DNA from: Zygnema circumcarinatum SAG 698-1b
Lineage: Eukaryota; Plantae; Zygnematophyceae
Reading direction: 5' to 3'
Length of the DNA: 64,000 bases
NCBI GenBank assembly: GCA_037447605.1
Contig: CM074815.1
Span: 1,302,001 to 1,366,000 of the forward strand
Shown: positions 40,900-54,300 of the stretch, one piece after another
Layout of the letters: every line of letters starts with the position of its first letter
How positions within the stretch are numbered: the stretch's first letter is position 1
Program-made: the position numbers and the translations under genes
The notes under the pieces: generated by a model
Seen by the model: the letters and a program-made list of their open reading frames with translations, nothing else
What the model was told of the DNA's origin: nothing
Databases searched by the model: none

Positions 40900-43800
40900 G
40901 CAGCGTATCGTCCTTGAGCGAATTGACCATCCGGGGAGGAACGGCGGCGTGGCGCTTGCGAGAATGTCGATCGATTAGAACGCCCGTACCCGAGATTTCC
41001 CGCAGAAGAGCCCTCGAAATGATGGCCCATCACAGGATCTCCGGAAGCCGGGGCCAGAGCACAAATGAAGCGGGGCCCAACCACGGAAAAGCCCGCTGAG
41101 TCGGTTTGGCTAGATTCCCGAGCCAAATAGAGCCGACACGCGGGCGCCGACTCGATTGGGCGCGGAGGGCACAAGGCCGGCGCCTCCCAAAGTCGGTGAG
41201 TTGTCAGCCGCGGGCGCCGCTGCTCGAGGTGGTGGAGGCCAGCTAAAACCAGGCTCTGGAAGCCGGAGGCCAGAGTCGAAGCTGGGCGACCCGATCCGGG
41301 GGAGGCGCGTCATCCTGGAAGAGGGGCTCAGCAGAGAGGAGGTCAAGGGGAATGCGGGGCTTACGGCCATAGAGGAGCTCGTAGGGTGTAACAAACCTGC
41401 CAACTACAAGGTTTGAACACAAGACCTCCCGGTACCCACACCAGTGCTTTATCATTAAAAGGCAACCGCGGATGTAAGTACTAGGCCATACAACACATGT
41501 ATAGCGTTTTGCTACATTCCTCCCTACCTAAACGCTCCGCCCTCGAGCCAAAGACTCAAGGGTTTTCACGAAAGCAACCGCTCAAGCTCCTTCCACCATG
41601 GACTACGGCCCAGCCCTCAAAATACTAAGAACGGGTTCCGCACTTCATGCTCGTGAGATCACGGTGTTTTTAGGGTGGATTACAAATACCGGGCACTGGC
41701 TCTGATACCAATGTAACAAACCTGCCAACTTCAAGGTTTGAACACAAGACCTCCCGGTACCCACACCAGTGCTTTACCATTAAAAGGCAACCACGGATGT
41801 AAGTACTAGGCCATACAACACATGTATAGCGTTTCGCTACATAGGGAGAGAAGCCAGTGGAGGAGTGAACGGAGGTGTTGTACGTGAAGACCCGGGAGGG
41901 GATGACCTCGCGCCAGTCCGCCTCGAGCTCCGCGCAGCCGCGAACGCACGCGTCTTTGACCGTCTGTATGGTACGTTCTGCAAGCCCATTCTGCCAGGGG
42001 GAGTAGGGGCTAGAGGTGTGGTGAATGATGGAAGTCCCATAGCTTAAAATTTCTCCCCTTGTATTCGGTGCCATTGTCAGAGTGGACAGAGTAGGGTAGA
42101 GAGTGGCGGTGAATGATGGCCGTCAGGAGGCGAGCATAGTGGATGGAATGTTTAGATTTTGTTGCATGAACATCCACCCACTTGGTGTATCTGTCCACGG
42201 CTAGGAAGACCCGAATGTAGCCAGAGGTGGTGCCGAGCTGGGGGATAGAAAAGGTGTCAATGTTCCAATCTTCGGCGACGCCTTGTATGGGGATCTCACC
42301 CATCTCCAGGGGTTGGCGGTCGGGGGGAGCAGAGCGCTTGCCGCGTTGGCAACGGGTGCAGGTTTCGATGTAGCGGCTCACCGCGCCATGGAGGCCGGGC
42401 CAATAATATCGCTCCTGCAGCAGGGCGACCATCTTCCTCTGGCCAAGGTGGAATCCGCCGGGCTGGGAATCGTGGGCGACATCCAGAATCTCCATGCGTT
42501 CATTGGGGAAAGGAACAGAAGGCCAGAGGGAGTACGTAATCAACTGGGCCATCATCAACAGTAGAAGTGCCGAAGCGCGGGGCGGAGCAGCCGTTTCTCC
42601 TCTCGGTCTCCGCGAGGCAAAAGCGGCGGTCATGACGCATGCAAGAGAGGAGAGTCAATGGACGCCATTGGCGCCGGGAAATGGGGAGGAAGAAAGGGAG
42701 CTTCGCCATCGTCATCCATGAGGAGTTCCCATGGATCCGCATGGGGGTGGCCGTGGGTGAAGTCAGGGTCCTGCCAGCGATGGAGGGTGGTGGCCGTGGC
42801 CAGAATATCGATCAGCCCATCTGCGAATATGACATCATGCAAGTCTTGATAGGCGATGAAGATGTCAATAGGAAGATGCTCATTAAAGAGGTGGGTGGAG
42901 GATGGGTTCAGGGACGGCCGGATCGTGACAGAGGAGGGGGGCCGAAGGATTGCGACTGAGGCCGTCAGCATTGCCGTGACTGCAGCCGGGACGGTGAGTG
43001 ACCTTAAGTACATTATACTCCTCCAACTTCATCACCCATCGTGCAAACTTAGGTCGGAGGGTGGCCATGATGTGCAGCCAAGTGAGGGGCATGTGGTCAG
43101 TCCGGATGATAACAGGCTGGTATGCCGTGAAGAGCTTGAACTTCTCGAGTGCCTAGAGGATAGCCGGGCCTCACCCTCAGTAGGGCTGTATTTGGTCTCG
43201 GTTTCTGAACAAACCCTGCTAGCATAACTGACTGGGTGTTCCCCATCCGAGAATGCTTGACTGGCCACTGCCCCGAAGCCTGTCTGACTCCAGTCAGCGT
43301 CAATAATGGTGGGCAGGGTGGGGTCGAATTGATGCAGACAAGGAGCATGAAGGAGGGCACTCTTGAGCGCCTGGAAGGCCAGATTGTTTGCGCTCGGCTC
43401 CATTCCGTAGTGGACTCCGTGCTCTTTCCAAGGCTCAGCGGCGGGATGGCAGGGCATAACCCTTAATAAGCCGGATAGAAGGAGGTGAGTCCAAGAAAGG
43501 GCTTGACCTGATGAAACTCTCTGGAATGGGCATAAGAGTCAATTGCTTCAATTTCTCGGTGATGGTTCACGCCGTGATGCGAGGGCAGTGCAGGAGTGAG
43601 TGATCTCCTGGTGGCCCAGTTTCCTTCTTGGGTGCAATCTTTGAGGACACACCTTGGTAAGATGTTCCTGGACCCAGTGTGTCCAAGGTAGAAAGACCAA
43701 TCTTTCCTGTGAATAGAAGCATCATCCACGTAAGGTTCGCAGAAGGCACAGCGGGGCCAAACACCTCGTTTCAGGCGCGGCTGAGTAAGTGTCGATTTCG

Positions 43801-44164
43801 AATTCTTTAAGCCCAAAGGGAAGCACCGTCCACTGCACGAAGCGCGTGGCTGTGCGAAGCCCTGTCTTGCAGCGATCGGCCTGTCGCAGGGGGATCTGCC
43901 AGAAGGATTTCTGCATGTCAAGTGCCGAGAACCACCGGTCATCAGGGGAGACGCCGTGGAGAATCAGGTCCACATCCGGTAATGTATAGGGATCCCACTT
44001 CGTTATGGCATTCAGTTCCGGGATGGTGTATCCACAGAAGCGTGGTGTGCAGTCCAGGTTGGCGGACGGGCGCTGGCGTTTCTCCAGGTTCCAGTCAAGC
44101 CAGCAGAGCCACATTCTCTAGTTCTGGATCTGCGATTTCGACATCGGCCTGTAACGCGGAAAAG
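40900..44164 (-). pseudogene. Family A Gypsy pol (RT, RNase H, integrase), frameshifted
   Basis: RT: DPYTLPDVD...FSALDMQKSFWQIP...LPFGLK and YVDD. RNase H: IIDADWSQTGFGAV...YSPTEGE. Integrase: HDSQPGGFHLG...CTRC, VHSDNG, NGLAERTIQTVK, STGFSPY|ELLYGRKPRIPLD. Confidence 0.9.
41387..41841 (-). mobile_element. TRIM (455 bp) with 130-bp LTRs, inserted in the family A integrase
   Basis: LTRs 41387-41516 and 41712-41841 differ at 4 of 130 positions. PBS (TGGTATCAGAGC on minus) at 41699-41710; PPT GGTAGGGAGGAA at 41517-28; exact TSD TAGGG at 41382-86 and 41842-46. It splits the integrase motif FSPY|ELLYG. Confidence 0.95.
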
Positions 44165-47100
44165 TGTTGATGTATAGGTACATCAAGGTGTTGAGCTTCC
44201 AGCTCCTTGGCATGGATATTCTGCAAAAATCATGTGTTGATGTAGGACAATGTCATGCGTGAATAGTCATGTTTGGTGTAGGAACAAACATGGGGATGCC
44301 CAATTGTTAGGGCAATGTACGGAAGGTCTAGGGAAGATCTAGGGTCGTAGGTTTGCGGCTTAGGCTTAGACCGTACCAAAGGGGGTGCGCTGGATGCGCA
44401 TTAATTGGTTTGAGACGCAGATGTTACGATCGCACGAGCTGTGACAACGCCGGAAATGTTGCCGGAGCGCGGAGGTCTTTTGGCGCAAAAGGCGGATCTG
44501 CGGCTAACGGTCGTGATTGCGTCACGCAATGCAGATAGCCGGACGCAAGTCTCCTTGCGGGACATTTCTCATGATTGATATGTCTTCGAAGTACGGACAT
44601 TGGGTCGCCAGCCTATGAGGGTACCCGGCACGGCAGAGTCAGAATGACGTGGCGCGACGCGGCAGATTCGAAAGTGACAAGCGCGCCGTCAGATGTTCGG
44701 CCGTAAATGCAGAAATAAGGAGGCGCTGCCATCGGCATATCTCATGTGGAGGACGTAGCGAATCAGAAGGCGCCACATGGGCTGGGGTAAGGCCTGTAGG
44801 GCCTGCCGTCAGTGGCGACCATAGGCTACAGGGTCCCACATGCAGCTGAGTTAGTGAGAGTTCAAATAGTACATGCAGGACAAGATGGGGTGGGGCTGAG
44901 TTGGATCCAACGGGCTAGACTAGAACCATGTGTGCCAAGGAGGATCCGACAGAGCACAATTGAGATCAGGATAGGGCCCTTGCAAGGCGCTGCATGGGTG
45001 GCCGTGACATGACGGCGTCACGTGACAATGGCCGCCATAGTATATGAGGGAGCAAGCTTGGCTCCCTACTTACTCGCTCATACTCACTCTGAACGTTATG
45101 CTGCTCAACCTTCGTGTTAGGAAGAGCAGGCAGAGGCTGAGGCCTTGAGGAGTCCGGCCTTGTGTAGGGGGTCGTGAAAGAACTGTCTCTCATCATGGTT
45201 AGCTCTAGTGAAAGAGTTAGAGTATCTCCTTGGTGTAAGTGGAGGAAGTTCAAGCAAGCATATAGTGCTTGGCTCCTAGGTTAGGGTGTTCAGGCTGCCT
45301 GTCAAAGGATCAGGTGCATACTCATAAAGGAAAATCGAGCATAAGGTTATATGTAGATTTCCTGAGAGAGCTTATATCACCTATGAATGTTAAGGAGTTT
45401 TAAGCAGAGGAGCTTTCTCCTATACTCTGCTAGTTTGTCTGAATCCTTGTGTTGGATTGGGATGATGGATGAGTGGAGACGGCCATTGTATGGGCGGTGT
45501 ATCGCATCACACGTGAAGCCATTGGAGGAAACGTGGAGTTAGAGAGCCGGAGACCATGGAGAGAGATGAAGAAGTGTTCTTTGTGGTAGCACGTTTCCTT
45601 GTGCGTATGCGCACCTCATGAGGAGGAAGAAGAAGGCATCTGGTGGCGGAAGCGGTATGTGGCCAAAGTAGAAGTTGAAGAAGTTTTGGAGTTGACTAAA
45701 GCTTGTTTTTATCCTTCCACTAGGTCTCTCCTTCTGCCCCCTCACACCAACAAGTGGTATCAGAGCTTATGGTTGAAGTCTTGGAGCATTTGGTGCTTAA
45801 GGTTCAGTCCTAGCTTATGGGTGAAATCCTGAAGAGTGCCAAGTGATAGTGAGGTCCTGGAGCCTACTAGTGAAGTGAGGGATAGGTCCTTAGCAATGTC
45901 AACTTGGAAGAATCCTTGACTAGAGAAAGAGCTGAAGGAATAGTTCTTTGGGGGAGCCTAGTGGTTGGCTCAAAGGTACTCAAGAGGATAGATATGGTCA
46001 AACTCCTAGTCACGTTGATGGTTTCGTTTGTAGCAAGCAAGTTGCTGAAATAGTCAGCTTGGAGAAGCTACAGGAAGGAGAGAATGCGTTTAGAGTTCTA
46101 GTCTTGACAGCTCGATGGAAAGAGTGCGAAAGAAGGCTAGATTAACGACATTCGAATTGGCGCTGTTTTGAGAGACGTGGCTCAATGGAGTCAAGGTCCA
46201 ACGGCGTGGAGGTGGTGCACTGAATTGCACACATTCGAGATGACCCAACTCAGCGGAGTTGGAGGTGGCAGCGTGAGGGACGCACAAGCGAAGGTGGGAC
46301 TCACCTTTGGACGCTTGTATGCTCGGATATGTCGAAGGCGAAGTTGCTTCATCGAAGGATTCGAGAGGAGGACTTGACGGCACTTCGAGAAGTGGAGAGG
46401 GCTCCAGTGCCATATCGAGATTGCCATGGTATGTGGAGGGGATGACCCTTCAAGCACACTCTTGGGATTAGAGACTAGCTTTGGAGTTAGAGACTAATGA
46501 ACTAGAATCTTCACATAGGTTGTGGGAGAGGCTAGGAGAGGTGCTGGGTGGCAAGGGAGTGCAGATGGGAGGAGTTCACTTCAATTCATTTCAGTGGGAG
46601 AAAGTTCAAGATGTCAGGGTGTCAAGAAATTGCCCAAGGAACCATTGCTTGAATCCTGACTGGTCTGGTAGGAAGGAGCTAGTGGAATTGATAGTCACTA
46701 AGATGTTAGTGATGGACCACTAAGGAGGAGTTACAGAGATTCCAAGGAGTGGCTGAGAGAATCAGTCGGAGGTCAGAAGGCAAACTTCCTATGGAGAGTC
46801 TCCTTCACGGAGGATAGATGTAAGAAGATGAGATGGATAGAGTCAAAAGGAATAAACAACCATCAAGGAGGGGCAAGGCTGAAGTGGACGAGGAGGGGTT
46901 CCACTGGGTCGACATTATGAAGCGTCAACTCGAGGTCACATGCTAACGGACTTGCGGGCTTCTGCTTGTGGAGAGGATCATTTGGATCCGAGGAGAGGCG
47001 CGTGGTGGCTCAAGTGTGTCCAGACGTGGACGGAATCTTTGTTTGAAGAGTTTGCTGGGAGTGCACGCCTAGTTTACTCGGGAACAAGATAGTGACCTAT

Positions 47101-49008
47101 TCGAAGGTGGAGCCGAGTTGCTGATCTCAAGAGAAGTCAAGAGAAGCTGGTGGATCTCGAAGGAGAAGTGGCGTACAGCTGTCGTGGAAGACAAGGTGAA
47201 GTACTTTTAGGCCACAAAATTTTGTTTGAATTTTTCCTTAAAAAGGTGCATTTATTTTGGAGGCGGGCAAGGTGGAGTTAGATGCAGGTTTTCTATCGTC
47301 ATCACATGCGGTGAAACCCTCGTGATGGGATGAGCAAAATAGCTTGTACTTCTCGAAAAGAAGAAGGCTGCAGCGAATGGGTACACGATAGCTTATAAAA
47401 CTCAGCATAAAGTCTTGGACACACTGGAAGACTGAAGGTGTTGCAAGGGACCAGGATCTTTGAGGGTGCATAGGGTCCAGAAGTCACAAGAGGAAGAGAC
47501 GCCGACATGGAGCTGGCGAGATCGCACTCATGAGGGGATGGCGCTCTTGAGCAAGGTACCGCAACCTTGCATACCTTGTGTGTGATAGAGTTTTGAGGGG
47601 GAGGTTTCGTTTCCCTCAAAGGAAGAAGATAGTAAGACTCGGCGACTTGGTTGGAGGAGGATGCTACAAGGGTAGCCCAATTGGCCCAATCAAGCTTATC
47701 ATTAGCGGGGGAGCAGCTAGACGATGGACCGGTGATGCTGACTTCAGATGACTTCTCTCCGAGATAGGAGACATGAAGAAGGTGCTGTGATAGAGACGCT
47801 AGGATTCTCTTGAAGAGTTGAAAGCAACAAACTTGAAAGTTGTAGAGAAATTGCGGAGTAATCAATGAAAATGACAAGGAGCGCTGAAGGCAGCATCAGC
47901 AACAGAATCAGGACGAGCGGTCTGGAGAATGTCATCATGATGATGGTGCAGTACACTTCCCTCGTGGTATTCCTTAGAAAGTCACTAAGCTGAGATGAGG
48001 GTGTTTTCAAATGCATATGAAAGGTGCAGAGATTGCACTACTTGGAGAAATTGACATGCAATGAAGAAAGTGTCAACAGATTTGTAGAACCCTGATAAGG
48101 AAGAGAACATCCGGTTTGCCAGCTCATTGATGGAGAACAAGCAGGATTGAGACCCCAAGGTCAAGAGTCAAGAGGAGGTGCCAGAGTCAAAAGCTAGAGT
48201 GTCTTGGAGGAGCCAGGCCTTGTACAGGTAGGCTGTTTAGCTTAAGAGGGGGTAGGCAAGGTGTTCAGATTTGACCTTGGCAGATGGCGCTGAGGAGAGA
48301 ATGTCCATGGGAGGACATGTGAGTTCATAGTGCGAGGTCCCAGGATCGTGTAGTGGAAGTTGTTAGAGAAGGCGGCACTTCATTTGGATGGAGGCCTACA
48401 ACAAGTGGCGAGGTACCACAAGGAGGATTCAAGGGACAGATATGAACGACCTCATGTTTATGAGGGGGTGAGCGGCATATGGAGAAGTTGTCTTCATGGA
48501 TATGTGAGTTGGGAGGAGAAGATGGGACTTCTCAGGTTCACCTTGGAGGATGACTTTTGAAGAGTTCAGAGGTTGAAGGTTCCCACCACATTGTTGACAA
48601 GTGTCAACTACGCTAAGAGATTCTGATGTGCGGGGATTGCACATGAAGTGAAGACACTCTACTGAAGAGGGTGGCCAGAGAAACACAATGGCTGCTGCAT
48701 TCACGGTGGAATCAATTCAAGGGAATTGATGTGCAAGCGGCAAGGTATGCCTAGTTAGTTGTTGCTAAACTTAGGGTGCCATGCTAGTGTAGCTTGCAAG
48801 GAACTTACGTACCAAGAGGGGGATTGTTGATGTATAGGTACATCAAGGTGTTGGTACTTAGTTCCTAGCATGGATGTTGTCCAAGAGATCATGTGTTGAT
48901 GTAGGGACAATGTCATGCATGAATGGTCATGTTTGGTATAGGACCAAACATGGGGGATGCCCAATTGTTAGGGCAATGTACGGAAGGTCTAGGGAAGATC
49001 TAGGGTCG
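44165..49008 (+). mobile_element. LARD, copy 2 (same family as 34053-39414), inserted between family A RT and protease; 3' LTR cut by the N join
   Basis: 5' LTR 44165-45752; PBS at 45755-66; PPT AAGAGGGGGAT before the 3' LTR start at 48825. Interior is homologous to the inverse of 34781-37770. Confidence 0.85.
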
Positions 49009-49018
49009 NNNNNNNNNN

Positions 49019-51343
49019 TGCCCAATCCTTCATGTAGACTCCCCTCAACCCCCACATATCGGGGAATGGGCTCGAGCGTCTTGTCCAACTTAACCCCTGC
49101 AGCCTTCATCACTGGCTTGGACAGAACTGTGTGCATAGCTCCTGTGTTGATCATGGCTTTGCTGGGATGACCGTTCAGCCATACATTGACGATGATTCGC
49201 ACGTTGGGTGTTGGGATCAGGGGGAGAACATGAATCTGGCGAGGAGGATGGCGGGGAGAGCGAACTGGGTCTGGAAGAGGTGCCGTGGCCATGTGGTGTA
49301 TGTCTGCCGGCGAGGGGATGTCCGGAGGAGGTGCCATGGGAATCGTGGGAGGCCGCAGAGTGGCCTCGGCACTGTCGGCCAGCTTTCGAACTACGGCTGC
49401 AGCACCTGGAACCAGTTGCATCAACTGTGACAAGGTAATGCCGATCTTAGCCTTGTCTCCCATGAGCTGATGAACCATGCGTTCAATCAGGGATAGGCCA
49501 TCTGTCGGGGGGGGTGGTCGTCGGTCGGCTGCCTGGGGGTAGAAACGGGCTGCCCGAGGGCGATGGGGAGGGTTGACGTGCATCTCTTCTGTCGCTGGTG
49601 CTCTCGGCTCTGGCTGCGCCGCTGTCGGCTCCTCCTCATCGAGATCGTCAGTTTCCTCCTCAGGCGTGGATCCCAATGGATGACCCGTGGAAGGGAGGAC
49701 TGAAGTTCTCCGGACAGGGGTGGCGACCGGTGGAGCCGTGCCAGAGGAGCTGGCGCCGTTGACATCGGCAGGGAGGAATGGCAGGGGATGTGAATGAGGA
49801 TCACTTTGGTTGACAGGGAGCCTGCGCAAGGCATTTGCAATCTCGGCGATCCGGGCTTGAGCACCCTCTTCAGAAGTCATGGGGGAGTCGATGGGCGCTG
49901 CGGTGCTGCGGCAGTGTGGGCGGTGCGTGGGCGGGCAGACGGATGGGGCTCGTCCTCGATGGCTGTCAGGAAGGGAGTCCATCAGATGCAGGTGGATGAC
50001 GGTGGTCAGGATGGTGTAGGCGGGTGAAGGAGATGGAGGCGGGCGAAAGGGAGCCGGAGCTCTCGGTGGTGTGGGGGCAGCCGGGAGCATATCCATGAAG
50101 GTGATCTCTGCAGGTGAGCTCCCTTCAGCTGCCTCTTTCCCCTTTCGGGCCTTCTCACTTGAGAGTCTCCGCATGCACACACGGGCGTCATGTCCCGTGA
50201 TCTGGCAGAATGTGCAGGTCCATGGTCCACAACGCAGCCGTGGATTATGATTCAGGCCGCAGGCAAGACAGACGCCCTCCGGAACCCCTGCCTCTGTCAT
50301 CCGGACGGCGCGGGTCGGCCTGGCAGCTCTCTCTCTTTGGGTGTGCGATCAAATGAGAGCCCGATATCCTGGACAAGAAACATCTCGTATGTGAGGATTC
50401 ACCGCCGGCTCAATGGGATGCGCCGGATCATGAGGGTATGGGGAAAGGGGAAGGGGCTTGCTCGTGCTGGCTATGGTTAGAGGCTGAACCACAAGGGCTG
50501 CCTGGACGTCCTGAGCAGTGGTGCCGGAGAAAGAAGGCTTGTTCCGAGTAGATGTAGCGTAGGGATCATACAACGACTGATTCTGTGTCTTCAGGAACTG
50601 CTGGTAGAGTCGATCTTGTCGTGCATCTGTAGCGTTCATGTAATGTGGTCGTACATGTCGGTTGCCTCTCTCTTGATCCTTCTGAATTCGCTCTGCCCTT
50701 TCTAACATGGCCTGGGCATTTGTGCAGTGGGTTGTCACAGCGGCAGCGATGCAGGTGGAGATCTCTCTCAGCCTGGCTTCCAGACCATTCGAGAACTTCG
50801 GGGAAAGCCAGGCAAGTACTCGATCGTGTTTGCCATGCGTACAAAACGCTCAGTGAATTCAAACAGCCGCTCATCACTGTAGCACTCTATGTAGCGAAGT
50901 CGGTCTAGCACAGTGATTGGATCTGAAATCCAGCGTTGTCTGAAAGCTTGCTTGAATGTGTCCCTTGTCAGGGTGCCGACGACATCCGCTTTGTGCCAGT
51001 TTCGGGACAGCTTCCAGTTGACTGCCTCTCCTTCCAGCGCTCCAAGGGCCAGCTTGATCCACTGGTCCTCCTTCAGGTCTGCTTGCGCTGCCTTCTCCTC
51101 AAGATGTCTCAGCCAGGCTTCTGCATCTTCCTGCTTGCCGGTGAAGCCTCTTGTGATGATGCCCGTGGTATCCCTCACCTCACTCTTTTCAGGAATCATT
51201 GCTATCAGTTTGGTCATCATCTCTTCCATCTTACTGGGAAAATCAGATCTGACTCCGTGTGCTTCTTTTAAGGTTGGTGCCAGAAGCTGGAGGGTCCTGC
51301 AAATGGTCCTGTGCCCCCTGGAGCCGCTCGCCTGGGCTCCCAG
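49019..51343 (-). pseudogene. Family A gag C-terminal half, zinc knuckles and protease region (frameshifted)
   Basis: ORFs 48927-50300 and 50768-51397: gag core, CLACGLNH...CTFCQITGHDARVC and KAMINTGAMHTVLS. Confidence 0.8.
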
Positions 51344-54300
51344 TGTAGCAAACTGAGCGCTCCAAGCACCACATGCCGCCAGCATCCTGAGTACCATACG
51401 GTACGGCCGTACAAGCCATGCCGTACAGTCGTACCGTCAGCGCGGTGGCCACCTCATACAGACGGTGCCGGACTGGCGCCAATCTGCAGCGCGTCGCACA
51501 TCGTCGAGATCGGAACGCGACCACGACCGCCGGTCGCTATACAGAGTGGCGTGTTCACAGTCACACATCAATGGCGATCGCCGTCCACAGTAATGCGCTG
51601 GCGTCGACAGCGATCGCGTAGCATGCGCACCATCGGCTGCACCTGCTCCCAATCCCTTCGGCTGGTAGAGGGTTGGCGAGAAGGCGTATAAGGCGTGGGA
51701 TGAATGCAAGAGGGGGTCCTTGAAGGGGGCACTTGCAATCGTTCCAGAAACCAGCATTACATTTAAGTGACTTAGTCTCTAGCAGGCTTTGGGTGTTGTG
51801 CTCAAGGCTTGTTACATTTTGGTATCAGAGCTTGTGTTTCTCCTGCTAAGATTGTTTGTTTAATGGAGGCATTTCCAGAATTTCCGCCTTTTCCGCCTTC
51901 CAGCCTTGAGGACCAAGAGGATCACCCGATGGAGGAGAATCCAGAGGAGGATGAGACGGCAGATCCGCGGGGTCCTTCTCTCATCGACTACAGCCCGTCT
52001 CCTTGCAGCAGCCCGGAGCAAGCGCCTCCAGCACCCATTCAGAATGAGCCTCCGCCGCCATCTGTGGCTGAGACGAACATCACTGCCGGAGCAGCCTTGA
52101 ACCTTGAGAAAAGGCGTCTGCGAGGAGTTGAGGCCAAAGATTGGTCGATGCAGAGACTCTCGCGTGACCCAAAAGGCGAGGGGAGATGGCGGTGGGCGCG
52201 TTCAGAAGAAGATGGACAAGCCCCGTGCGGACCGAGGATTTGGCCGCCAGAAGAAACAGCAGCTGGCGGCAAAATGCGTCCAACATTCCCCGAGCGAGAA
52301 GCGTTGAAAGATCTTCACAGGGTAGGCGATGGGGTAGCACCATCAAATGCCACGAAGCTGACCCAACTTTGTTGCCTCAAGCGTGACGGTCGTCTGGACC
52401 CCCCTGCCTCTTCACGAGGGGGAGTCATCCCCAGGGGGTGGCGCACCACCTTCGGTGGTGGTGGATCCCGCCGGGATGGCCCTCACAGTGATGGGGAGAC
52501 TTCTGGAATAGGATCCGGCCCCTGGTCCCTCCCTGAAGATTGGTCTTGAGCAGGGCCAAGGTAGCCCCCGACTTCTCCTTGGGAGAACACCTGTTAACCA
52601 TTTCTATTGAGCATTGGTTGAGCCAAGAATGAAGGGTTACCTTCATCACGAATTACCCACCGAAAGTGGGTGAATTTCTCATATCCATCACTCCGCGGCG
52701 ATGCCTATCGTGTATACGAGAGCTTAGCCACTAAGATCGGGAGTGATTGGGAGAAATTCCGCAAGGAACTTGAGCGTCATTTTGGGGTTTTGGATCCTAG
52801 AATGGAAGCGCGTCAAAGGTACCACAGTATGGTACAGACTGGTAGTGCCAAGAAGTTCTTGCGAGATCTGCGTATGACGGTGTCACTCATTACGACACAT
52901 CGTCCTACTGATGAAGCAGTGTTTTATCACTTCTGGATGGGCCTGAAGCCGCATTTGAAGAAGGAATTGCGATTAAATCCGTACATCTCAACCGTAGAGG
53001 CCCGTGGATCTTGAGAATTCTTTTATCGCGGCTTTGCAAAGTGATTCCTTTCGGCAGCGGCGCCCGGACCTTCCACGTCCACCACCTCCAGAGGCAGACC
53101 GGAAGCTCTTCCCTTCATTTCCAAAGCTTAAGGGGGCAAATCCGCAGAAGAGGAAGCCGAGTGCAACCTCTGCCCCACAGCCTTCTGCGAAGGTGCAGAA
53201 GCTTACTCCACAGGAAATGGAGAAGATGAAGAAGGAAGGACGATGTTTCCGATGCCGGCAGTCTGGCCATATGGCGAAGGACTGTCCGCAAAGCATCAAG
53301 GACAAGAAGGGAAAAGGGCCGGAAAACGGCACACCACCAGCAGTGTAGGAGTCGCTGCGGGTGGAGAAGATGGATTAAGGATTGCAGCTGCTGCCATCAG
53401 TTCTAGAGGCTTGCTTGTACCACAACCTCTTGATATTTTGAAAGTGATGGGCAGACAGCCGGATGACCATGATGTATTTGTGACTTTGTGTCCTGAGCAT
53501 CTAAATGTGATTCCATTCTCGATTTCCTTAATCGTGACTCCTGACTCTTTCATGAATGTTGTGATGAATGGAGAACAATTGACTGTTTGGATTTTGAATC
53601 CTTCAGGTAATGTGTCTCTTATTGATTGCACATTTGTTGCTTTACGGTTACAGCGCACCACTAATCATGTTTCAAGTTTGCATGTATTGATGCCTTTACA
53701 TGCTTCGATTGGGACTTTTAGCCATACTAACTGGAAGTTGGTCAAGATCTGGCGAAAAGGACATCCCATGCTACATTGGGTGGATACTTCTACGGTTTGG
53801 ATTTGGATCACTTACGTACCTTTGTCTGGCGGACTTCATATTTCTCCATCATGGTATGTATTGCGGTCTCTTCTTCACCTTGCACCGTGCAATGACCTTC
53901 AAGGATTCATTGGTGGTCTGTGGCAGTAGTTTTACTTGATTAGTCTTGATTCTAGACTTCATTAGTCTTTGTACTTGTTAAGCTTGTTGACTTGTCTGTC
54001 TCCCCTCTCACCGAAGTCGTGACTTTTGGTGATGGAAGACAGGGTCAAATCCTTGGCACCATAACCACACGTCTGAAGATTCAGACTTACTCAGGGCAGA
54101 TTCGGTGTTTTGTCACTAATCGGCGCGCTAGATGTTGATACGGGAAGTCGGTGGTTAACCATGGTCCAGGCTTTCCGGATGGATTTTTCCATACCCGCTT
54201 GTGTTTTGCGTTGTGGCGCCACGACGAATAACTTCTGCGCCGGGCATTCACGATTCGGTCTTTGTGGCGGTCGATGCACCTTTTGAGTGTTGACCATGCA

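Noticed and set aside
41790-41820. Possible 5S rRNA (Cassandra-type) remnant in the TRIM LTR: TAGTACTTACATCCGTGG
   Set aside because: Only about 12/20 identity to the 5S IE/C-box region by eye, and the C-box GGATGGG is missing. The tRNA-like reading fits better, so it is not called Cassandra.
45948-48704. Short ORFs shared by both LARD interiors
   Set aside because: No recognisable motifs and frames differ between copies; the sharing reflects DNA homology only.
49120-49170. Family A protease with Asn in place of the catalytic Asp (INTGA)
   Set aside because: A single-base change in a decayed, error-rich TE copy; it carries no information without a family consensus.
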